Positions 16,567-24,001 of a stretch of 24,001 bases of DNA are shown in pieces (the first letter of the stretch is position 1; each line of letters begins with the position of its first letter). The DNA lies in contig JAYUVI010000024.1 of assembly GCA_043754135.1 (NCBI GenBank), forward strand, positions 1-24,001, read 5' to 3'. This DNA is from Bdellovibrionales bacterium (GTDB lineage Bacteria; Bdellovibrionota; Bdellovibrionia; Bdellovibrionales; UBA1609). Below the pieces are notes generated by a model. That model had not been told where the DNA came from. It was given only the letters and a program-made list of their open reading frames with translations, and made no database searches. The position numbers and the translations under genes are program-made.

Positions 16567-16941
16567 ATGAGCACAAGACGCGTGATCATTCGCCTTGATG
16601 GCTATGCGGCGCGCACGACCGAGTTAATGGCGGTAAATGTACCGAAATCGACGCGAATGTATAGCACCTTAAGGTCAGCAGGTATTTTCTGGAGCTGTGC
16701 TTTCGCTGCGATTTTTGTACCCATGTTGCATTTTGTTCTGGTACCTGCATTTATTCTGGCCGGTTTTTTCTTCGCTGCTAATAGTTATCTTGACGACGAG
16801 CGCTTGCAAATAAAAAACCCCGTGAGTTGCGGGAAGTGCGACGGCCTTTTGGTGTTAGTGAATGACAATGACGTCTTTCCGAAATGGGCGCGTTGTGAAA
16901 AATGTCAGGTCGAGCATCGATTTGACTTAAACAGGGAGTAA
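16567..16941 (+). CDS. Small membrane protein (hydrophobic hairpin) with C-terminal zinc ribbon
   Basis: Hydrophobic stretch AGIFWSCAFAAIFVPMLHFVLVPAFILAGFFFAA, then CGKC-x19-CEKC. Confidence 0.75.
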   Translation: MSTRRVIIRLDGYAARTTELMAVNVPKSTRMYSTLRSAGIFWSCAFAAIFVPMLHFVLVPAFILAGFFFAANSYLDDERLQIKNPVSCGKCDGLLVLVNDNDVFPKWARCEKCQVEHRFDLNRE

Positions 16942-16944
16942 AAC

Positions 16945-17337
16945 ATGACTCAAGACAGTTTTAAAAAATTTCAGAGCGTACTTTTGGTATTAGTAATGGT
17001 TGCTGGCGGATTTATGTTCGCTTCGTCGGCTTCAGCATTTGCTTCTGAAACGGTGAAAGGCGCTAAAAAAGATTTGTCACAGTTTAAGACTGAAATGAAT
17101 ACGAAGCTTGAAAAAATAGAAGATGAACTAAAAGAATTGCGTGCTAACGCTAATGAAAAAGGTAGCGATGCAAAGAAGAAGACAGTCTCTGAGCTTGAGC
17201 AAATGCGCGATAATCTGCGCGCCAAAGTAAATGACTTAAGCGAAGACAGCGGCGACGCCTGGCAGAAATTCAAAAAAGGCCTCGCTGATTCGGCTGATGA
17301 ATTGAATGCTAAAATTCAAAATGCTTTAAACAAATAA
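16945..17337 (+). CDS. Secreted all-helical coiled-coil protein (resembles small general-stress / apolipoprotein-like proteins)
   Basis: SD AGGGAG, a signal peptide ending ASAFA, and amphipathic Lys/Glu-rich helices (DAWQKFKKGLADSADEL). It starts 3 nt after the previous stop. Confidence 0.75.
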   Translation: MTQDSFKKFQSVLLVLVMVAGGFMFASSASAFASETVKGAKKDLSQFKTEMNTKLEKIEDELKELRANANEKGSDAKKKTVSELEQMRDNLRAKVNDLSEDSGDAWQKFKKGLADSADELNAKIQNALNK

Positions 17338-17361
17338 GAGATTGTTAACTATAATTTATTT

Positions 17362-17384
17362 AACGCTGTCAGCGCGACGGCGTT
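17362..17384. terminator. Short hairpin between convergent genes
   Basis: AACGCTGTC-agcgc-GACGGCGTT, a 9-bp stem with one G-U pair on the plus strand, in the 76-nt gap between convergent stops. No U-tract. Confidence 0.3.
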
Positions 17385-17413
17385 GGGCACATGAATTTTG
17401 TTGGGCCGCTCAT

Positions 17414-18871
17414 CTAACCTTCGTCGTCTGATTTTTTTTCGTCGGCTGATTCAGACGCCGCATTTTTTGAAGGGCCAAATTGTGAATTAGTAAATTCACG
17501 GCCATCCCAAGTATAAATACGACCTTCGCCCTCCATCACCGTCGCCACGTGCACAGGTTTTTGCCAAATAGCAAAAACGTTCTCCATAGTGGCTTTCATA
17601 TAATCAGGCTGCATGTCGACGCCTTCGTATAGGTGAGTGAGGAGCAGTTCGCCTTTACTATTAAAGTTGCCGTCTACAACGCTTATAATGGGCATGCCCA
17701 TGTTCGTGATCTGAAACAGAAACTTCTTTTTGATAATGCTAAAATCACGATTGTCGACTTCAAACTGACCAGTTCGTTTGTTAAACCGATAGACGAACAT
17801 TTTATGTTCATGGCAAAAATCTTCGGTCAGAAATTCGTCAATAAAAGTGACATCATTGTAGTCGCGACGCACCTGAAATATTTTTTCACGACCCTTGCCA
17901 GCTTTAGTATCCCAATTCTTTTTTGCATGTAAATCATCACATTCGGCCCACTCTTTGCCAAACTGACCTTTGTTCCAACGTTCTTCAATTTTTCTAAAAA
18001 GCTCGATGCCAATTTTGTACGGGTTAAAGCCTGATGGCGGCATAACGAGAGCGCCACTATGACGATCGGCAAAATCCACAATTTCGCAATCGTGCAAAAT
18101 CTTCTCCGTCATCAGCTTCGCATGCCAGTACGATGCCCACCCCTCGTTCATGATTTTAGTCATACCTTGTGGAGCAAAATAATAGGCCTCGTCACGCACG
18201 ATGCTCAAAACGTCGTACTGCCATTCTTGAAGAGGAGCGTACTCTAAAAGAAATTTCAAAACATCGCGACGCGCTCGTGGTTCTCCAAAGCCGCTGTCTT
18301 TTTGCCCACGCACGTCGCTAGCACTCATGAAATTTTCTAATGTTCGTTTCGGTGCCGGGCGCTTTTTGTAAACGCCGTGAGCATCGATGAGATTTTCGAT
18401 GCTTAAGCACTTATCCACAAAATCTTCGACTATATCCACACCGAGGTGGTCTATGTGTCGGCGTATTCGAATCGCGTGATTGGCCATTTGGTCGATCATT
18501 TTGCGATTGGTTTGCGAAAACCAAAGATTGTTTTTAAAAAAATCAGAGTGACCATAAACGTGAGCCATCACCAGTTTCTGATCAACGGTGTCGTTGCCCT
18601 CCATCAAATAGGCGTAGCACGGGTCATTATTGATCACGAGTTCATAAATTTTCGATAGCCCATACTCATAACTACGTGAAAGCTGTTCGAAATCCATACC
18701 AAATCGCCAGTGGGGAAAGCGCGTCGGGAAGCCCCCCTTAGCAGCCACTTCATTCAACTGCTTCGCTGTCACCATTTCAAAAACGGTTTCAAAAAAATCG
18801 AGACCAGCGGCACGGGCCTCGCCCATGATTTTTACGCGATATTTTTCAAGTTCGAGCGGTAAGTTAGCCAT
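17414..18871 (-). CDS. spoVR: SpoVR/YcgB family protein
   Basis: 485 aa with GFPTRFPHWRFGMDF, SKIYELVINNDPCYAYL, VMAHVYGHSDFFKNN, PQGMTKIMNEGWASYWH and NPYKIGIELF. Confidence 0.93.
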   Translation of the reverse strand: MANLPLELEKYRVKIMGEARAAGLDFFETVFEMVTAKQLNEVAAKGGFPTRFPHWRFGMDFEQLSRSYEYGLSKIYELVINNDPCYAYLMEGNDTVDQKLVMAHVYGHSDFFKNNLWFSQTNRKMIDQMANHAIRIRRHIDHLGVDIVEDFVDKCLSIENLIDAHGVYKKRPAPKRTLENFMSASDVRGQKDSGFGEPRARRDVLKFLLEYAPLQEWQYDVLSIVRDEAYYFAPQGMTKIMNEGWASYWHAKLMTEKILHDCEIVDFADRHSGALVMPPSGFNPYKIGIELFRKIEERWNKGQFGKEWAECDDLHAKKNWDTKAGKGREKIFQVRRDYNDVTFIDEFLTEDFCHEHKMFVYRFNKRTGQFEVDNRDFSIIKKKFLFQITNMGMPIISVVDGNFNSKGELLLTHLYEGVDMQPDYMKATMENVFAIWQKPVHVATVMEGEGRIYTWDGREFTNSQFGPSKNAASESADEKKSDDEG

Positions 18872-18873
18872 GC

Positions 18874-19971
18874 CTAGCGACCCCTGCCTAAAAACTCTTT
18901 TATCGACTGCATGATCTTTTCGCGATTTTCGATTTTACTAATGACCAAGCGTTCATCAGACACGAATGCTTTTTCTAAATCTTTTAAAAACTGCCCCGAA
19001 CCATATTTAGATTCGACTTGCCCGTAGCCAAACATATTTACACTTGGCAAAAAATAATCCTTTAATAAACCTAGGCAGATTCGCGTGTCCTCGCCACTCC
19101 AGTTGTCGCCATCACTGAAGTGAAATGGGTAAATGTTCCATGAGTGAATGGGGTAATCATCTTCAATAATTCTTTTCGCCAGTCTGTAAGCTGAAGAAAT
19201 CAAGGTCCCGCCCGATTCACTTGTCGAAAAAAATGTTTTTTCGTCAACTTCTTTAGCCGCGGCATCGTGAATAATAAAGCGCGTTTCAAGACCACGGTAA
19301 TTACGGCGAAGCCAGGTGTTGATCCAAAAACTTTCGAGACGCACGATCTCCTTTTGCTCATCACCCATTGATCCCGAAACGTCCATCATGTAAATGACGA
19401 CCGCGTTGGCTTGTGGGCGCGTGACTTTTTTAAATGTGCGAAAGCGCATATCTTCTTTAATCGGTATTACATTCGGGTCTTGGGCGTTGTAGCTACCTTC
19501 AGAAATTTGGCGCTTCAATGCTTCTTTATAACTCTGCTTGAACAAGCGTAAAGAGTTTGGCCCAATCGGCGAGCGGCCGGTATATTTCGTTTTCACGGTC
19601 TCAATGGTTTTCGAACCTTTTGGTTGAATTTTTGGCAACTCGAGTTCTTCACCCAAAATATCGGCCAACTCTTCAAGCGACACATCGACTTCGAGCATGT
19701 GTTGACCAGGCGCCTCGCCGGCCTGACCCTTACCATCACCTTGCTGACCTTGAATGGCTTCGCCAGGCTGACCCGAACCTTGCCCAACACCACCTTGATC
19801 TTTCGGACCATATTTGAATTTAGGAATTTCAATAGAAGGCACAGGTATTTTGACAAACTCTTTTTCTTGTTTGCCGATCATCTCACCTTGAGTGACGTAT
19901 TTTTTAAAATGCTGCTTAATTCGACCCTTGATGATTTCTCGAAATCGTCTGTGGTCTTCTAAAATGGACAT
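18874..19971 (-). CDS. yeaH: YeaH/YhbH family (DUF444) vWA-type protein
   Basis: 365 aa with [11 protein letters not shown], a Gly/Gln-rich linker ([10 protein letters not shown]), MIDAS-like [19 protein letters not shown] and [11 protein letters not shown]. It lies between prkA and spoVR. Confidence 0.92.
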   Translation of the reverse strand: MSILEDHRRFREIIKGRIKQHFKKYVTQGEMIGKQEKEFVKIPVPSIEIPKFKYGPKDQGGVGQGSGQPGEAIQGQQGDGKGQAGEAPGQHMLEVDVSLEELADILGEELELPKIQPKGSKTIETVKTKYTGRSPIGPNSLRLFKQSYKEALKRQISEGSYNAQDPNVIPIKEDMRFRTFKKVTRPQANAVVIYMMDVSGSMGDEQKEIVRLESFWINTWLRRNYRGLETRFIIHDAAAKEVDEKTFFSTSESGGTLISSAYRLAKRIIEDDYPIHSWNIYPFHFSDGDNWSGEDTRICLGLLKDYFLPSVNMFGYGQVESKYGSGQFLKDLEKAFVSDERLVISKIENREKIMQSIKEFLGRGR

Positions 19972-20011
19972 GTTCGTTGTCCTCTAATTTATTAGTATCT
20001 CGACTACGAAT

Positions 20012-22102
20012 TTACTTTTTCTCTTTGACGTCACCGCGAGCAAAAATATTCGCTACATACTGTAGAACTTCGTGTGCCGAAACCTCATCATAGCCAAACT
20101 CTTTAATCAAGCGGGCCTTCACCTGCTCGATCTTCTCTTGGGTGTCGCGGTTTTCGGTCGATGACACTAAAGACGTGAGTTTAATAGTGTCACGTTGGTC
20201 TTCAAAAAGTTTTCGCTCGAGAGCCTTGTGCAAGCGATCGTTCGTACGATAGTCGAATTTTTTACCTTCAAGCGCAAGCGCTCCAATGTAATTCATAATC
20301 TCGCGTCTGAAGTCGTCTTTACGAGACTCAGGTATCTCTATTTTCTCTTCTACCGCACGCATGAGTCTTTCATCAGGCTCTTCGAGCTGCCCCGAAAATT
20401 GATTACGCACTTTTTCACCTTGAGTATACGCTTTCAGATTATCGATATAATTGCCACATAAGCGGCCCAGTGCGCCTTCATCAAAACTGACAGCCCGTTG
20501 TACTTCGCTCTTAATCACTTCCTCATACTCTTGTTTTACGGCACCAATCAATTCGCGATAATCATTACGAATGTCTTCGTTGTTGGCCATCAATGGGTGA
20601 TTTTTTAAACCTGATTCCAGTTCATTTAAAACCATGAACGGGTTCACCGAACCTTTATTTAACTGCTGCGCCAAAACTATAGCATTTGAAATTTTATCTT
20701 GAATGTACCGAGGGGAAATACCATCTAAACCTTCACGCTTAGCTTCTTTACGAAGCTCTTTCACATTGTCTTCGGTAAAGTTAGGCAATGATTTGCCATC
20801 ATACAATTTTAACTTCTGCATACGCGTGAGGTTGGCTTTCTTCGGCTTTTCAATACGCGTGAGAAGCGCCCACATCGCCGCCATCTCAATCGTGTGCGGA
20901 GCAATGCTCACGCCGCGCAAACGTTTTGAGTTAAAGTCTTTTTTGTAAATTTTGATCTCTTCGGTCCACTTAGTGATGTACGGGATATCAATACGCACAG
21001 TTCTATCACGCAAGGCTTCCATAAACTCGTTATCTTGTAAGCGACGAAATTCAGGTTCGTTCGTGTGACCGATAATCACTTCATCGATATGCGTTTGCGC
21101 AAATTTCTTGGGCTTCACCTTGTGCTCTTGCGAAGCGCCGAGCAAATCATACAAGAAAGCCACGTCTAATTTTAAAACCTCGACAAATTCAATCACACCG
21201 CGATTGGCAATATTAAATTCGCCGTCGAAGTTAAAAGCACGAGGGTCGGAGTCAGAACCATATTCAGCAATTTTGCGATAATTCAAGTCGCCCGTGAGCT
21301 CAGTGCTGTCTTGGTTTTTTTCATCCTTTGGCTGAAAGGTGCCAATGCCAATACGATCAGCTTCGCTCAACACCATTCTTTTTACACGCACGTGGTTGAA
21401 CACTCGCTCCACATTGCCATTGTATTTTTCGAGTAATTTTTTAAAGATAAATCGGCTTGGTGGGCACAGTTCGCCTTGAATATTAATACGAAAGTCGTCA
21501 CGGCTGCCGCGATTGAGTTCATCACATAATCGCGAGCGCATATCCTCAGGCACCAAGGTCAAAGGGTCTTCATGCATAGGACTTGGGAACACTCTCACGC
21601 CCTTACCGAAAATCTCTTCATGATCGCCGCCTTCATCGACCCATTCAAAAGTATATAAAGCGCCTTGATCCATTTTTGAATAAGCTTCGACGCCTTTTTT
21701 AATCATGCGACAAACTGTCGACTTAGCACTCCCCACAGGACCGTGCAGCAAAATCACACGTTTTTCGGCGCCATAGCCAAGAGCCGCTGCTTTTAAAACA
21801 TTCACTAATTTCATAAGTGGTACGTCGAGACCAAAAACCGCATCACGGCCACCGTTGTCTTCGTCATCAAAAAATTTGTAATGAACAACATGTTTTTTAA
21901 CGTCGACGTATTCTTCAGAGCCCTTTTCAACGATCAAATCGTAAAGTCTTTGAAAAGCATTACGCGTAATTTTAGGGTTCTTCTTCACCAAGTTGATGTA
22001 ATCGTTAAAACTACCAACCCAATTGAGGTCGCGGTACTCTTTTGAATTCTGCCAGTCGCGCAAAATCGATGAAAAATTGACTGATCCCCAATCGCCTGAC
22101 AT
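20012..22102 (-). CDS. prkA: PrkA/YeaG family AAA+ serine protein kinase
   Basis: ATG 22102 preferred (SD GAGGAG) over the TTG at 22120. It has Walker [69 protein letters not shown] and EGLDGISPR. Confidence 0.95.
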   Translation of the reverse strand: MSGDWGSVNFSSILRDWQNSKEYRDLNWVGSFNDYINLVKKNPKITRNAFQRLYDLIVEKGSEEYVDVKKHVVHYKFFDDEDNGGRDAVFGLDVPLMKLVNVLKAAALGYGAEKRVILLHGPVGSAKSTVCRMIKKGVEAYSKMDQGALYTFEWVDEGGDHEEIFGKGVRVFPSPMHEDPLTLVPEDMRSRLCDELNRGSRDDFRINIQGELCPPSRFIFKKLLEKYNGNVERVFNHVRVKRMVLSEADRIGIGTFQPKDEKNQDSTELTGDLNYRKIAEYGSDSDPRAFNFDGEFNIANRGVIEFVEVLKLDVAFLYDLLGASQEHKVKPKKFAQTHIDEVIIGHTNEPEFRRLQDNEFMEALRDRTVRIDIPYITKWTEEIKIYKKDFNSKRLRGVSIAPHTIEMAAMWALLTRIEKPKKANLTRMQKLKLYDGKSLPNFTEDNVKELRKEAKREGLDGISPRYIQDKISNAIVLAQQLNKGSVNPFMVLNELESGLKNHPLMANNEDIRNDYRELIGAVKQEYEEVIKSEVQRAVSFDEGALGRLCGNYIDNLKAYTQGEKVRNQFSGQLEEPDERLMRAVEEKIEIPESRKDDFRREIMNYIGALALEGKKFDYRTNDRLHKALERKLFEDQRDTIKLTSLVSSTENRDTQEKIEQVKARLIKEFGYDEVSAHEVLQYVANIFARGDVKEKK

Positions 22103-22179
22103 ATCCCTCTCCTCGGCCAAAGGTTAGGTAGCTTCTCTTATTTAATTATGACCTAGTTTCGCCTAATTGACGACGGCAC

Positions 22180-22244
22180 GTCTCAGAACTGGACGTACGG
22201 CTGATTCACACTGAAAAGCACCATCGTCTCAGTTTAAATCTCAG
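22180..22244. repeat. Three direct copies of RTCTCAG in the prkA leader/promoter
   Basis: GTCTCAG at 22180-22186, GTCTCAG at 22226-22232 and ATCTCAG at 22238-22244. Confidence 0.4.
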
Positions 22245-22247
22245 CAC

Positions 22248-22276
22248 ATTATAAGCTACACTTCGTTTGATTTAAA
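22248..22276 (-). promoter_or_regulatory. Putative sigma70 promoter for prkA-yeaH-spoVR
   Basis: Minus strand: TTTAAA (22276-22271), exactly 17 nt, then a perfect TATAAT (22253-22248). The predicted start is near 22241. Confidence 0.5.
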
Positions 22277-22313
22277 ACTATTGGACTCGTATCTGATACT
22301 TTTGGCATAAGAA

Positions 22314-22907
22314 TTACATTTTTTTTACTTTAAAAGAAGACGGCACTTTAAGTGTAAATGCTTTCTCAGGATCCTTCACTTTTGACTCAAAATCGAACAA
22401 GCTCATTTGCACACTGGCCTGGGTGTGTTCAAAACCAATAGTTCGCTTACGACCATCTCGCGAAATCCAATCGATCTTTAAACCTGTTTTTGAGTCATGA
22501 CAGGATTTTACCAACTTCTGCGCGTCCGCGATACAAACCCAATTTTTACCCGCCGGCATTTTATCAAAAAAGACACTATATAAAGCTTGCGGTTCAATCG
22601 GCACTCTTAACAAATCACGCAATGAAACCCGATTGGCTTTGGCGCGTAAAACTGATTTCTCATTCATATCGAGATATTCGAGATTGTCACCCACGACAAG
22701 CAAAGAGGCGAGGTGCGTACCCATGGTCGAAGTGACATCAATCCGCAATCGCTCTCCGTTCACGGCCTTGACCTTCACGTTAACTATTGCTGATTTAGAT
22801 TCTTTTTTATCATGAACAAGAACTTTGCCATCCCATTCACCTTCGTTGTATTCGGAAAAATTTTGCGGCGCAGTTGTTGCGCAACCGACTAAACACATAA
22901 AACACAT
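22314..22907 (-). CDS. Lipoprotein, LolB/LolA-fold-like (possible outer-membrane lipoprotein insertase)
   Basis: Lipobox LVG-C (Cys codon 22883-22881). The beta-rich mature region is GEWDGKVLVHDK...RLRIDVTSTMGTHLASL...LLRVPIEP...W. It lies directly downstream of a TPR gene. The start is ambiguous: ATG 22907 gives a very short signal peptide, and upstream CTG 22943, GTG 23018 and TTG 23051 are in frame. Confidence 0.6.
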   Translation of the reverse strand: MCFMCLVGCATTAPQNFSEYNEGEWDGKVLVHDKKESKSAIVNVKVKAVNGERLRIDVTSTMGTHLASLLVVGDNLEYLDMNEKSVLRAKANRVSLRDLLRVPIEPQALYSVFFDKMPAGKNWVCIADAQKLVKSCHDSKTGLKIDWISRDGRKRTIGFEHTQASVQMSLFDFESKVKDPEKAFTLKVPSSFKVKKM

Positions 22908-22926
22908 AGCTAAATAAAACGGGTTT

Positions 22927-24001
22927 TTACTCGCCTTTAACAGACGTGGGGGCGCGTTCCGGGGTAATAACTTTTTGAGTAGAGGCTTTCTTTTCGCCGA
23001 GAGAGAGAATTTTTGCACGAATCTTACTCGCTTTTGTTTGATCTTGTTCAACCGACACCGCCTTCAAATACATCTGTTTGGCTTTTTCAGAGAGCTCATA
23101 AACATAATAAGCATCCCCTAGGTGTTCGGCAATAACACTCTCATCAGAGCGAGAATGAACTGCGCTTTCAAGATATTGTATGGCTTCTTCAATACGACCC
23201 TGTTTGAATAACACCCAACCCACAGTGTCGAGAATGAAACCGTCGTTGGGTTGCAGTTTCATAGCCGCTCGAGCCAGTGATTCGGCTTCTTCTAAATTTT
23301 TATTTTGTTCCGCAAAGGTATAAGCCAAGTAGTTTAAGGCTTGCACATGCTGCGCATCGACTGCCAAAACTTTGCGCATTTCACTAATCATATCTTCTTG
23401 ACGACCCAACCGGTCGTACATGGAACCTAAATAAAATCGCAATTGAGTATTGTCAGAAAATTTCTCTGTGGCCTTTTCAAGCATCGCCACTCCCGCCTTG
23501 TACTCACGACGTTCGTCCAGAATAGACGCGTAAAATGCATAAAATTGTGGCACGTCGTCACGAATGGAGATCGCATTTTTTAACAATGTACTGGCGGCTT
23601 CAAGATCTTGTTTTTTGCGATACAGATAGGCTGAATGCACAACCGCTTCTTGATAATATGTGCTCGTGCTTTCAATTTTATTAAAATTGCGAATCGCCAA
23701 ATCATGTTTTTCGGTTTCCTCGTAAACTGCGGCTAAATAAAACCGAATTTTGTCTGAGTTGGGCGCTAAAACGATAATCTCTTCAAGTTTATCGATAGCG
23801 GCAGCATATTTTTTTTGCTCAATTAAAATCAACGCCACTTTCACTTTAACGTTCAAGTTTTGTGGCTCAAATGACTCGAGCACCTTGAGGTGTTTGTAAG
23901 CGCGAATGTAGTCTTCAGACTCGAGATAAACTTGACCCAATTGAAAGGCCACACTTTTCTTTGGGCCAAACTGCTCTTGAAATGATTCCAGTAGCTTTAG
24001 G
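22927..24001 (-). CDS. Tetratricopeptide-repeat protein, 5'-truncated by the window edge
   Basis: The frame stays open from 22927 to the window end (checked: ...LKLLESFQEQFGPKKSVAFQLG...). Many TPR units, and the typical C-terminal ALNYLAYTFAEQNKNLEEAESL...FILDTVGWVLFKQG...VIAEHLGDAY. Confidence 0.9.
   Translation of the reverse strand, partial: LKLLESFQEQFGPKKSVAFQLGQVYLESEDYIRAYKHLKVLESFEPQNLNVKVKVALILIEQKKYAAAIDKLEEIIVLAPNSDKIRFYLAAVYEETEKHDLAIRNFNKIESTSTYYQEAVVHSAYLYRKKQDLEAASTLLKNAISIRDDVPQFYAFYASILDERREYKAGVAMLEKATEKFSDNTQLRFYLGSMYDRLGRQEDMISEMRKVLAVDAQHVQALNYLAYTFAEQNKNLEEAESLARAAMKLQPNDGFILDTVGWVLFKQGRIEEAIQYLESAVHSRSDESVIAEHLGDAYYVYELSEKAKQMYLKAVSVEQDQTKASKIRAKILSLGEKKASTQKVITPERAPTSVKGE

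Noticed and set aside
16971-22815. Short ORFs antisense to or overlapping the 130-aa gene, spoVR, yeaH, prkA and the lipoprotein
   Set aside because: Fully nested in confident genes and without independent evidence.
1-24001. tRNA, rRNA, tmRNA or CRISPR arrays
   Set aside because: Intergenic gaps are short (largest about 420 nt), and none shows a cloverleaf with T-loop/D-loop consensus, rRNA signatures or repeat-spacer arrays.

Overview
24-kb chromosomal window from a bacterium that is most likely in the Bdellovibrionota. This is inferred from the SecA tail lacking the SEC-C motif, the many secreted hypothetical proteins and lipoproteins, a very large S8 protease and the overall gene style; it is not proven. 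Left to right: (1) a minus-strand operon secA > zinc-ribbon protein > secreted coiled-coil protein > long AsmA-like protein, which runs off the left edge and is absent from the ORF track; (2) a divergent MNT-HEPN toxin-antitoxin-like pair; (3) trmL and a YtfP/GGCT-fold protein with an extra winged-helix-like tail; (4) a tightly coupled 7-kb plus-strand operon behind a sigma54-type promoter, encoding a Tyr-rich lipoprotein, a 1039-aa secreted protein with a possible atypical-kinase-like N-domain, and a ~1047-aa subtilase; (5) a GcvH paralogue that has lost the lipoyl lysine and gained a long acidic tail, plus two small envelope proteins; (6) a prkA(yeaG)-yeaH-spoVR operon; (7) a LolB-like lipoprotein behind a TPR protein, which runs off the right edge. 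No rRNA, tRNA, CRISPR array, integrase or transposase was seen. The best candidates for undescribed biology are the lipoprotein/large secreted protein/subtilase operon, the non-lipoylatable GcvH and the GGCT-wHTH fusion. All family assignments come from motif recognition by eye, not from database searches.
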